Assembly (NCBI GenBank): GCA_002633005.1
Contig: NMRA01000198.1
Span: 623,459 to 687,458, forward strand
Origin: Phoronis australis
Taxonomy: Eukaryota; Animalia; Phoronida
Length of the DNA: 64,000 nt
Direction: 5' to 3'
The notes under the pieces were generated by a model. It ran no database searches. It was given only the letters and a program-made list of their open reading frames with translations, and had not been told where the DNA came from. Positions within the stretch are counted from its first letter, which is position 1. Each line of letters begins with the position of its first letter. A program made the translations under genes and the position numbers. Below are positions 50,301 through 61,896 of the stretch, piece by piece.

Positions 50301-53300
50301 AATTGTGAGTGCATATCGTTAATGAAAATCTTCAAAAGTTATTTTGTTAATTTGACTGTACAAAAATTTGATGTAGGGCTCTGGAATCATTTTTACATTT
50401 TTCATTCCAAGGTGACGTGTATGCTGTACTGCAATAAAGTTATAAATGCATTTTCTGTGTTTTAGGTTTCAAGTTTGATCTACGCCTGTATGTAGCTGTG
50501 ACTTCCTATGATCCACTGTGTATATACTTGTATGAGGAGGGTTTGACTAGGTATGCTAGTTTCTAGTGTCCAGTCTTTCATTTCACTTTTCTAGGTTAAT
50601 TGAAACAAAAGCATGGAGATCTATTGTGCAAGTTTTTTGAAGTGTAAAAATGAATTAAAAATCATTCTGGCTTTCACGGAACTCTGTAACTATCTGTTGG
50701 CTGAGAACATAAGATTCTTCAGTGACTCGGGAGATAAATCAAGTGAAATCAATAAACAGTCCTTGTTATTAGTTGTTTATGTAATGAAAAATACCGTTTT
50801 CTGAAAGCATTTTGGGCCAGAGAATTGTTAATCATTGGATGAATGAATTTTCTCTGGGTGCTGGCGTTCCATATTTCACGTAGAGTTAGTAACAGATATT
50901 GACTAAATCTTGTGAACACCTCAGATTTGCGACAGCGAAGTATGACCGAAACCCACGACATATGAAGAACCAGTGCATGCATCTGACCAACTACAGCGTC
51001 AATAAACGCTCAGATAGTTTTGTGTCGTGAGCTGGCATTTTTGTTCGGAGTTCCTCACATGTGCTATGTCATATTAGTTCTGTAAATATTCTAAACATTC
51101 ATTGTCTGCACCAAATTCTTAATTGGGAAATGGATGTTTCTTAATATTACAATGATTCAGTCTTGGTCACGTGTCATAAACTACTGAGCAGATGCAAATG
51201 TTTAGAGAACTAGTATTATTACATAGCGAGGTTAAATTAGAGATTTGAGTTTTATTTAATTCCTAACAGCTTTTTTCAGTTGTTGAAAAATAAAAAAAAT
51301 TTTAAGCCCTTCCTTGAAATGGTTTTTGTTGTTTTTGATGTATTGGGCTACTCAGATAGTTCCAGCGCTACTTTAGCTACAGAAAATGTGATTTAATCGC
51401 TGAAATGTAGGCTGGTCAAAAACTGTGCAACTAGTGTGAGAACGCAGAACAAAGAACAAATTGTTTAAAGTAGTTGTCTTTAAATAGGATTGAACAGAAC
51501 ACTGTAAAAGGTTTTTGGTGGTGATGTAGACAGATATTTGCCAATGAGCCTAACTGACCGTTTATCTGCCCAGTCATTGTTGTTCAAAATATATGATAGC
51601 AACTAATTTTTTTGTGTTAATATTCCTAGGCAGGCTTTAAAATCAGTGGTGAAAGTAGCGGAGGAATAATTTATCATTACCCTATCACCAAATGTCTTCC
51701 AATGAGGTCCTGTAAATTGCTACCTTGTTTCTTATGAGTGACTTGGACGTATGAAAGATGAAAATTCCGTAAGCTCGTTGGTTTTACGGCAATTTCCTTT
51801 TAGTCCTTGCTTGAAAGTTGTGTTGGTCATCTGAAAAAATACCGTGAACTTTTTATTAGGAATTTCGCTTAGACTGAATGTGGTGGCTTTGTGATACTCC
51901 ATTTCTGTACAGTAGGTAAAAAATATTAGGTTAGACAATCCCAGGTTTATAACAGTGTCTTCTATTTTGTCACCATGTCTCCTGTAGAAAGTTGGTAAAC
52001 TACACTAACCTTCATGGAATGAATTTTTATAGCTAGTGCTGTTACGTTGTATTGAAATAATGATTATTACCTTTCGGTGGCATAGTTTTTCTCGAGAGTC
52101 TAGCTTTCGAACTCATCCTCCCAGTGCCCTGACAAAGAGCCCAAAATGGGCTCAAAAACTAAGCGCTCGAGAAAAACTAGCCTGGAGAAAGGTTATAATT
52201 TCAATACACTAACCTTGTTTTGTTTTGTTCCATTGATTTCGTTTTCATAACTCAACATAATTAACCTTGTAGGTTTGCTACTCAGAAGTTTGAGAAGGGT
52301 AGTGCACGCAATATCAAGAACCACATGATGCATTTAACTAACTATAGTGTGAATAAGAAAAGTGCTGATTTTGTACAGTAAGTTCAAATACATGGAGACA
52401 AGTGTAATGAGCAGTATACTGCAGGTTCTGTTATTTTAGTCAAGAAATGGCCGTCGATCAGTTTTCAGCAGGGATGTTGTTTCCTTATTTGAAGTTTCAG
52501 TAATTACAGAACTATCGCCTAATCTATTGATGTTGATCATTCATGAAATAGCACAATTTTACATTTTACTTCTGTGTACTATATTAATTACTCTCATATC
52601 ATTTTTAAATTAAAGAACTTGTTGATTCAACTTTTATCACTTGTTGCAATTTGAAGTTTGTAAAATACACTAAATTTTTTAAAATGACCATTCTTTGTCC
52701 AGGCATACCAGATGACCAAACTATGATTAAAATGTAACGGAATTGCAAAATTGGGCAATAGTCACATATGTGGTCCCCAGATTTATAGAACCAGTTTGAT
52801 GTTCCTGATTCAGTTGAGAAAACTGGTTTTGAAGTGCAAACCCTGTTTCCCAAAAATGTTTTGGTAACATTTCTGATGCTCTCAATTTTCAGAAATGATG
52901 ACCCTAATGTAGAAGATTATGGCAATAAATGGTCTCTCGGTGCAATGTTACGATACTTGAGGTCAGAAGGTCATGACACAACAGGTAACTAACGAAAACT
53001 TATTAACATTTCCACTTCATTTCCGTAATAATGTAATTATAGACAAATTCAATTTGATAACTTAAGATATAGGTCTCCTGTTTTTATGGAAGTAAGCTGC
53101 ATTTTTCTATTGATTTTGGTTATCAAGTTTTCTTTTGTATGGAAATAACATGATGTGGAAGTGTAATAGGATTTAGTGTTAAACATTCGATGAGTGTTGT
53201 GTAACTGTCTTATTTACTTTGAGACTCCAGTTGCAGTTCCCTGGAGCGGTCATCTTGTAGAGTAAGGTAGGGGGTGCAGTTAGGCTTCTCAATCCGAGGC

Positions 53301-56300
53301 GATATTTGTACCTGGCCGAAAAGGATAAATGTGACCCATGTTTTTACCAAGTGCTAAAATTGTACCCATTACTGAAAGAGGTCTTAAAACATGACCAATA
53401 TTTACATCTCATCTGGAGAAAGCCACAAGATTATGTAATGCCTTTGTGGGAGCTGTCTGATTTCAGTTAAATGAAGGTTCTTAAGAATGTGGTGTAATGG
53501 CTTACTTATCATGTTTCAGCATTGATGATGAGGATTGAAGATGTCTTGACGAAGACAATTATCTGCGCTGAGTTACCCATAGCAACAGCCTGTAAAATGT
53601 TCATGCCACACAAAGGAAACTGTTTTGGTAAGAAAACAGCACTATAAAAAGCCCAAGGCGACTCCATGATCAAAAGCGCCCCCTGTTGGTCTCCAGGTGA
53701 TACAAGCGGATAGTTGTACTCTTGCAAGTCATGAAAGTCAAAGTATGATGTTTCTACAAATCATGGTGTACTGAAGGTTTTTGATAACACCGAAGTTTCT
53801 TATTTGATGGCTTTCAAACGTCTTGCGTATTTTGTGTTGCGTGAGAGTCGGACTGAACCTGCATCAGATGCAGTGCAAATAATTGTGTAGCTGACAGCCT
53901 TTATGGATGGATGAACTGTGATGCATGTAGCTTATGTTTAAATATGTGGTATTGAATACTAAGTCATTCTTTTGGTATTAACATCTATGTGCCGTCTTGC
54001 AGAGGTGTACGGGTTTGACATACTGATAGACAGTAACATGCGGCCATGGATTTTGGAAGTGAATCTCTCTCCATCTTTGGCCTGGTAAGTTATGCTGCAT
54101 TCCAATCAGAATCTCTAGACATATAGATTATTACAAGACGAACTTGTTGTTTCCAGTGAGATTGGAGAAATTATCACCTGGGGGTTGGTTGTCCGGAGGT
54201 TGATAAATTCTCCAAATCAAACAAGGGGTCTAGACACAAGAAATTATTGCCAAGGATATATGGTAATGTGTCTACCTATCCCATATATTGAGCAACAGTC
54301 TATTAATCCCCAAAAAGTTAAATGAAAACATTCGAGTTTTGTGAACTTTACTATTAATAAATTAAGTGCCCACATGCACAGTGTGGGGACGTGGTTCAAA
54401 AGTAGTGGTGGAATTTTTGAAGTTTTGGAAAAGTCCAGATAAAAATTTGTCGAGTTGAATCTCTCTGAATGTGGAGCGTTTTGAGTTTGACTGCTGCTGT
54501 AGTGATGAAGTATATTGATATCAAGATTTCCTTTTTGGGGATTGTGATTGAGTGAGACCTTTCCATCTTATTTTGAAGAACATTTCAGATAGTTATTAAT
54601 TCTAGCTTTGTAGTGTTTCTGAAGCAGAGTAATTATGTATGTGCAATAGGCTGTTTGAATTCTCTGATCAAGTTGTGTTACTGTTCATTTATAGCTCTAA
54701 ACAGTAAATCAAAGTTGCTGTTAATGTTGCGGATAACGTTGTGGAAAATTATGCATTGAAATGTTGCGACCCTGCTTTGGACCAGCGTGGCCAATTAAGT
54801 GTCTCACATTCATTTGTTTTCTTCTCTCCCATCGCGAGTCCTGACACTAGCAGCGCGGCATTGTACTACGAACATTCTAATCATATGAGGGACTCACCAC
54901 CAACATTGTAGTAGTCAAAGTAGGACTGAATAAAGCATGAATCAAGATTGTGTGATCATCACAGTATCAGTTACCTTGTCATTGTCGTTTTCCAGCGATG
55001 CCCCACTGGATCTGAAGATAAAGTCCCACATGCTGTCAGATTTGTTCTCTTTAACTGGTATGCTGTTACTTTCATTTAGTCTAAAATTAATTCATTTTCT
55101 AAGTGTGGAAACATTGCTTCCCTTACGTTGGTTGGTGTTTTCTGAAAAGAATGCAGTTCATGTCAGTGTGGCAAAGCAGTTTTTTTCTAGATCTTTCTTA
55201 GAAAAGTTACATCAGTTAGAAAACGTGTTATGATATGCGGTTTTTGAAAACGTTTCAGGTTTTCCTTGTCATGATCCAATGATGCGGCCCGCCAAAACCC
55301 CTAATAAAGTGCCTGACCCCAGGCTGACCTCGTCTAAACAGGTAAACGTTATGCGTGACCTACTTCGTGTTTTTGTGGAAAATCGCTGAAAAGTACTGGG
55401 ATTGTGTTGTATTTCTAAAGTTATTGACTGTTTTCTTGAAGTACTGGGTTTTTGTGTTGTTATGTTATTAATGCTGATGGAATTATCCAACATTTCGTCC
55501 TTTCACTCATAATATTTTGACTTTGATCAGAAAGGGGTCTGATTTGTAAAGCTGCTTCGAATTTTTGCCGGTTGAACTTCTCTGGAATCTAGTAGGGTTT
55601 GCTTTGTGTCCCAACTTCAAAACTAGTCTTCTGCAATTTAGCTTGTACCCCGTTGGTCATACATAACTGTCTCATTTTCAGCGATCCTCATCTCTTGTTG
55701 TCTCACTCTTTCATTCTTTTCTGTGTTTTTGTATCATTTAGTCCAACCGTCAGCGTCCCTTCTCAGCGCCATCAAATTCTGGGGTTTGTACGCCATACAA
55801 GCACAGTGTCAGCAATTTAACAAATCACTACAATTTGTGAATTTACTGACTGACTGTATAGCAATGTTTCGGGGTCACATGACTGTACTTTCATAGATAA
55901 GTGTACAATATTTGTGTATTTATTCACAAATGTTATTGATTTCTTGTTTATTTAAAAAAAAACAACCATGCATGACTTGCGATCCGGCCCATATTTTACT
56001 TTAAACACTTTTTTCGGAAAACAATGATTATCCCTTTTGTTCAACGGCAAAGATTAACTGTAGCATTTGTTGTTTTAGAGCATATTGTCATGTGACTTCC
56101 TCTTTGCTGCCCAGCAGTCTTCTGTATTCGGATATGCTTTTATTTCTTGGTCATCCATTTTACATGCCGCACTGTATCACGCTAACCATGTAACCTTCCT
56201 TAGTCTGGTCTAATGTAGCATTTAGCGTAACCTGTGTTCGGATTGTGGTAAACCTTGCACATGTAAAAAAACTACAGCCACGAAATATCGGTGAATACAA

Positions 56301-58076
56301 TATACATAACTGCAAAGTATTAGTTTGATGTGTTAATTGCCTTTAAATGGATTACGGTTGAATTATTCACTCCAATCAGTCATTGTATTCTGTTGAGTGA
56401 GAAGTGCATTTTGTAAATCACTTAATTTGTTATTCAAGTGACTAACTTCACAGACAAATTTGATGCACACCTTAACCCTCCATAAAATGTTTGGTGCACA
56501 AGAACTTATTACACGTACAATAATTTTTCACTATTGATGAGACTGTTGATGGGTCTCTGCCAAATGTAACCATGAATAATTGCAGACTCAAAATTTGCGT
56601 TCTCATGTGTTTCGAAATCCTGGAAATATTTCACGAAAAAGTGAAAGTGATTAATTACGCTAACGGTTGTGTCCCTAATTACTCGTGCTGGCTGCTGGAC
56701 TACCGGTATTTTTTTGTTGCTCCTATTGGCAGGCATTGATGAAAAAACAGATAGAGCAAAACTATATATGGGTCAACAGCAGTGGTTTTATGATAAGATC
56801 TGAATGTTAATTGAGTAAATAAGCTGTGGTAACTGGTGGAGAATAAAATTTCCCGGTATTAGTCCAGGCAAATTTGGTGGAATTCAGAGTACTGTATCAA
56901 TTGTGTCCCAATGCAAAAATTCTTATTATTAAAATTTTAACGGTGAAAGTAACAAGACTACCTCGTCCACTAAATTTCACATAGGAATGGAACATGCGTG
57001 ACTTTCATGTAAAGTGTCGGGACCAGCAGTAAACGGAAATTAAGTGTTTACAAAAACAATCACAACTTTGAAGTACATTTTATCTGTCCAAGCTTGGCAG
57101 CTGGGAATAAAAGTTGTTCTAGTTGTTCACGCGGTGGTTGGTATTGGGGAGAACTCAACAATTTTGTGTGCCTCAAGGAAAGCTTGTGTGCACTACAAGC
57201 ATTGTGAATGATATGGCCCCGTTGTTGTAGAAATGCACACCAATTTGAAGGTTGTTCAACATGTAGTTATCCCTCATTTACCTGGTCCCTTTATCATTAC
57301 TGAATTTAATTTAACTACTTCCTGTTTGCTACAATTGTTGTGAAATCAGTCTAACACCTTGTTATTCTTCGTCAAAGCAGTGCTCTTGACATGTTTGCAT
57401 ATTTTCAATCGTTTATCCAGTTATAGTATAATGGTTCCTAGTCAACATTTCTTTTCCCCCTGACACACATTGCTTAGAATGATGTCTAAATCTCAGAATT
57501 GGTAATGAACTTTAGTAAAATTTAGCACATCTTCTGATCATTGCTTTTCATTGCCGTTGTTATCATCATTTTCAGCGCGCCTCTCGACCCTCGTCTGCCT
57601 CAGCACCCAAGAAGTTGGGTAAGATTGACGTGACGGGTCTATCTGGTGAAGAAGTAAGGATGATACGTCGTGTCAAGGAAGAGAACAGACGTCGGGGGGG
57701 CTTTGTGCGCATCTTTCCTACCAGGGATTCATGGGAGCTATATGGGTAAGATGGATATCAAGTTGCCCTGTGTTAGAATGCTCAGTCGGTCACGATTTTA
57801 AGCGGGCGTGTCACAATGTTAAATTCATAACTGATGCACTTTGAGATTTTAAAGTATTATCATGCTCATCGGATCTTGAATCTTTACCAAAGTTATGCAA
57901 CAAGGTGGCCATTTTGTTCTACTTTTTCACTAAGTATGTAGACCTGCAAGTGGTTTATATTCATGGTGCTACATCGAACACAAAGACTGTTTCAATTTTG
58001 CTCTTCCTTTCAGCTCTTTCATGCAGTTCACCACCAACAATAACCTTCTCCTCCACCAAAGGCTCTTTCCAGAGAA
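41371..58076 (+). CDS. TTLL5: Tubulin polyglutamylase TTLL5-like, 5' portion (gene continues past the last confident exon)
   Basis: Exons 41371-41492, 45231-45340, 45948-46030, 46520-46690, 47376-47442, [47742-47824 or 49510-49592], 50100-50169, 50466-50550, [50925-51026 or 52273-52377], 52893-52984, 53520-53627, 54003-54084, 54996-55057, 55259-55341, (55742-55783 possible), 57576-57745, 58014-58076. All GT-AG and in frame. Motifs [81 protein letters not shown]...[34 protein letters not shown]. Confidence 0.93.
42758..42846. other. Assembly gap (run of N)
   Basis: Run of n characters. Confidence 0.99.
42852..43797. mobile_element. Kolobok-like non-autonomous derivative with convergent acidic ORF (+) and THAP fragment (-)
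   Basis: TTAA flanks, imperfect TIR (ACAGTACACACCATG vs AGTGTACACAACATG), internal inverted ACGTCATGGGTTGAAC near 43015 and 43655. Plus strand [16 protein letters not shown]; minus strand [26 protein letters not shown]. Confidence 0.6.
47742..47824 (+). CDS. TTLL5: TTLL5 alternative exon 6a (83 nt): [28 protein letters not shown]
   Basis: tttgtag|...|gtacat. Same length and phases as exon 6b, open frame, homologous WIVKP...RG.GIFL motif. Confidence 0.8.
49510..49592 (+). CDS. TTLL5: TTLL5 alternative exon 6b (83 nt): [28 protein letters not shown]
   Basis: ttgtag|...|gtaagt. Closest to the vertebrate TTLL5 sequence as I recall it. Confidence 0.9.
50925..51026 (+). CDS. TTLL5: TTLL5 alternative exon 9a (102 nt): [35 protein letters not shown]
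   Basis: cctcag|...|gtgagc. Phase 2/2, intact [10 protein letters not shown] motif. Confidence 0.85.
52045..52210 (+). mobile_element. Penelope-like inverted-repeat remnant with degenerate hammerhead core
   Basis: Arms TAGTTTTTCTCGAG/CTCGAGAAAAACTA enclose CTGACAAAG-AGCCC-AAAAT-GGGCT-CAAAAAC. Confidence 0.45.
52273..52377 (+). CDS. TTLL5: TTLL5 alternative exon 9b (105 nt): [36 protein letters not shown]
   Basis: ttgtag|...|gtaagt. Phase 2/2, intact [10 protein letters not shown] motif. Confidence 0.85.
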
Positions 58077-58706
58077 GTAAGTACAGCATTGTTTAGTTGT
58101 CCTTAATTAACACAGGGGTTGTGGTTCAGAAGCTGTTCTTTGTCAGTGTGTTTCATTTGTTGTCTGTTGTTACGGTCTGTAAACATGAGTCACGTGAAAT
58201 CCTAGATATATGTGTAACGGTTTTTTTGAATGAATGTTCAACATTGTTGTGTCAGTGAAATGTTCCAACTGTGTTCAGAGTTTCAAGCTGTATTTTTGAC
58301 GACTTTTGGCTCAGAATGCAGAAGTTCTGATTGTCCTTTAATATTCTGTATGTTGTTGCTTCACCCGATTACAGGGTTTCTATATCCGTAGCTGGACTTA
58401 TTCCCAGCCTACAGCTGTATCCTCCACCAATCATTAGTGCACATGCCTGCCTTCTAGGCACTGAAGTGACTATCTTATAAGAGATATTTGTCTTAACAAT
58501 TAAGTTGCACACGTCTTCTTGTGTTTGAGTGTTCACTTAATGCCAGACATTTGTTGTAGCCACAGTGGGGACAAAACGGTGGTTGTCAACCCCAGACCCA
58601 CCCCTAAGTGAGTCTAGATGTAGTGCCCTTAGCATGGACTTTGGGTTTGCATGCTGATATACCCACTAACTGACTGTACACTTAAACAAGGTTGCATGGT
58701 AGCATT

Positions 58707-59456
58707 TAGCCAGCCAGCTAGCTGTATGAAGACTGTCGTCAAAATACAGCAAGGTACCACTGTGTGTATTTCTTCCGTAGACCCCGAAATTGCACGCAGC
58801 CAGGGTAGTTCTGCTCGTCACCATGCCGTGAAACTTGTATCAAAATGTAAAGCTAAAGACCGGAGGGGGTGTATGCAAAATCTGGGAATCAACCGATACT
58901 CACCTTGCTCGTTACAGCCGTTTAAGTGAAAAACAATGCAATAAACGTCATTTTCTTGCGTAACTCTCCGCCTTTTCTAACAATGAAAAGTATGTCGTCG
59001 TTTTGAAAACAATACGCTCGTGTCACGCGCACGCGCCATTTCCTAAATTTTCGCGACAACTTCGGAAAAGCAAAATTTGTTCTGAAATTCGGTTTTTCGG
59101 TATCGAAACTCTAAAAACTTGTAATGAAGTGAAACCAGTTCCAATAATTTGTTGTGACATGTACGCAAGCTCGTGAAAGAACAGTAGTTGGTTGAAGAAT
59201 CGGCGAAAAAAGAAACTGGCCAATAGGTGACACAATATTTCATGGCGCCGAAAGCCGTCGCTAAAGATCGCTCCACAACTTTAGCAGCAGAATAACGGTA
59301 GAACGCCATTTTTCCAACACTGTTAAATAATTTTTTTTACTCAAGGAAGACTGTAGTTTTTAACGACACTAATTTTGTGTTAGATTTTATCTTACCACTT
59401 TTTTACCCACATCGGTGCAAAGCTGTATATTTATATACAGCTTTGTACCAAGACTA
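58707..59456. mobile_element. Non-autonomous AcademH-like family 1, copy 2
   Basis: TAGCC...GACTA termini with perfect 9-bp TSD GGTAGCATT (58698-58706 / 59457-59465). Homologous to 19363-20148. Confidence 0.8.
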
Positions 59457-60193
59457 GGTAGCATTAAGCATTTCCTTGTCTGTCTTGGAAATAGGACGTA
59501 CCAACTAATGTCATTCAGAATGTGTAAATTGCTGAGATGGCATGTAACGACATGTTATGTCCCAGTATTTCAAGGTAGCAACCATTTTATTCGAAGCGTG
59601 TTTACACCGACAAAAGAATATGGATTTGTTTGTCAGTGTAATTATTTCCTTGCTGAGCCTCATTAAACTAGCCATTCTATCCAATGTAACATGGGGTTGG
59701 TGATGGAAGTGTTTTGTGTGGTCCCATTTACATTTACTGTTGAAACCCTGCTACAACTGGTTTTCTATACACACTAATTAACCTGTATGCTGATAATATG
59801 GACAGGGTCTCCACACTTTGCTGAGGATGTTTTCCTTTAAGTTCTGCTGGCTTCCTGCCTCCATCCTTCCCATAAGTTGAACTATTGCTTTAGCATGCCA
59901 AAGGTTTGCAAGCTGATGTCACTCTTTCTTTATCAAAGGCCCGGGATATTATCTTTTTATACAAATTCAAACTTAAAATTATTGTAAATTTTTTCTGTTC
60001 TTCTTTGGTAAGGGACTATTACTCTGTGCTTGCATATGTTATGGTTTACGTATACGACTGTGTAATCCTATTTTACATTTGATGACCTCAGCATTGAAGT
60101 CATAAGTTCGAGGTTGAGCTCAGAATTTTTTACTCGAAATCTCTTGTATTTACTTTTGAGTTTGTAGCTCGAATTTAGGGGTCATCAAGTGCA

Positions 60194-60352
60194 AATTTGG
60201 AGTACACAGTGGTTACTGTAATTTGGAGTACACAGTGGTTACTGTAATTTGGAGTACACAGTGGTTACTGTAATTTGGAGTACACAGTGGTTACTGTAAT
60301 TTGGAGTACACAGTGGTTACTGTAATTTGGAGTACACAGTGGTTACTGTAAT
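60194..60352. repeat. Perfect tandem minisatellite, 26-bp unit x6, at the right end of a small MITE (~60053-60215)
   Basis: AATTTGGAGTACACAGTGGTTACTGT starts at 60194, 60220, 60246, 60272, 60298, 60324. The unit overlaps the arm complementary to ACTGTGTAATCCTATTTTACATTTGATGACC at ~60057. Confidence 0.95.
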
Positions 60353-61789
60353 CTGTAATAGTTTTGTGTTGAAACGGAGCTGGAAATGACAAATATTTAA
60401 TTTCAAGTTCAATTTCGAGTAGAAGATTAGATCCTGGGTGTAGATCTTTCCAGAACAAAACTTTATTATTTCAGTCATTTGCAGGCTTAAAAGAGATACG
60501 AATTTAAGTTTTGGAAGGAATTCCTTACTGCTGCATTTCAATTTTGATTGAATAATTAGCATGTGCCAGTGATATGTCTTTTGCAATTGATGAGAGTTTT
60601 TCATACTGTAATTCTGTTGTCCTCCCAACAATGTGAGTTTTTAAGGACTTAGTTGTTTTTACCCATTGTGTATTGACATTTGTTAGATCAATTAAGTATC
60701 GTTTATCGTGACTGTAGCAATTGTGGTAGATATATCAACTCACTCAGTATTCTGTAAACTACAAAACACTATGGTTCACCATTTCATAAGCCAGTCTATG
60801 AGTCACCTGTTGTGATGCTTCTGTGCCTCATCCATGAAAACATTTACAATGTTCGCTTGGCTCTTAGGTTAGGTTAGTTCACACTTCACTTATAACTCAG
60901 CCTATGAAGACTGTGTTCTCAGAGACAATGGTTTCAGAGTTGTCCTCTACTTCAGTAAGAGGTAACCAACGCGGCACATACAAAAAAGTTTTTTAAGAAA
61001 AGGCTTAATGCGTGTTTACATGATAACATGACTGTATGGTTGACTTACTAGCCAGCCATTTTTCCCTTATCTCTTGTCTATTGCTCACAACATTATAGGA
61101 TTATTAGAGAGGGAAGTCAGCTAACCTTATAATTTTTGGTCAGTTTGGCATATTTTACTAAATACTCCAAAGGGTATTTGGAACCTTTTCAGTGGTTTTC
61201 TATAAAATGAAATAAATAAAAGTATGCAGTTCTTCAAACCAGAAGAGGTGATGCTGATCTATGTCTGACAATGTCCACCATCCTGGGTAAGTTCCGTACT
61301 CTCACTTTTCAGTTCCAATAACTCACTGAGAGGTTCGCAACTTTTCAGTCAAAGACAAGTTACATATAATATTTACTTTGACTTGAGCTATGATGCCTGA
61401 AACAGGTATTGAGACTGATACAGTTGGTTAGTCAGACACAGACTGTTTGAATTATGCGACTTTAACACTGCATTGCACTGACGGTTTGGAGAATTGTTAA
61501 TATGATGGTTTTTGTAAAAATCAACAAAAAAGATTTTGAAAAATATGCCAAATTGACTAAAACATAGGTAGAATTTCCCCTTTAATCATGATCTTTGTTG
61601 GACCTGTGCTAGCACAATGAACTTCTAGTTCGTGGAGAAATTTGTTACAACTTCCTTTCAAAACTAATAAAAAAAATATTTGCAGGTGGTCTGTACCAGA
61701 CGTGCGCAGGCCGCACATGTGGGCCCATTGCACTGATCCCCTGGAACTATTTTTGTGCTTTATTAATATATAGTTAAAACCGAGCTGAG

Positions 61790-61896
61790 GAGCTAGAAAC
61801 CTGACTGAAGGGTCTAGCAGTGTGACCCAGTAGGACTCGAACCCACGACCTCCAGTAAAGTAGGCGGGCACCTATCACACTAGGCCACATTGCCTC
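61790..61896 (-). mobile_element. tRNA-derived SINE head
   Basis: Minus strand has A-box TGGCCTAGTGTG and B-box GGTTCGAGTCC but no complete cloverleaf. Confidence 0.6.

Noticed and set aside
47742-52377. Duplicated TTLL5 exons as a haplotype or assembly artefact
   Set aside because: The pairs are highly diverged, their flanking introns are unrelated, and exons 7-8 between them are single-copy.
53240-53340. Possible HDV-like ribozyme or SINE segment
   Set aside because: I could not build the nested double pseudoknot by eye; insufficient support.
58651-59309. ORFs shared with 19382-19997 as a duplicated small gene
   Set aside because: They lie inside two copies of a TSD-flanked non-autonomous transposon, differ by indels, and show no protein motif.
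60194-60352. 26-bp repeats as a CRISPR array
   Set aside because: Units are directly adjacent with no unique spacers, there are no cas genes, and the context is a eukaryotic intron.
61790-61896. tRNA gene (also a tRNA-like stretch at ~41738-41812)
   Set aside because: Only A/B-box-like motifs are present; the acceptor and anticodon stems do not pair, consistent with SINE heads.
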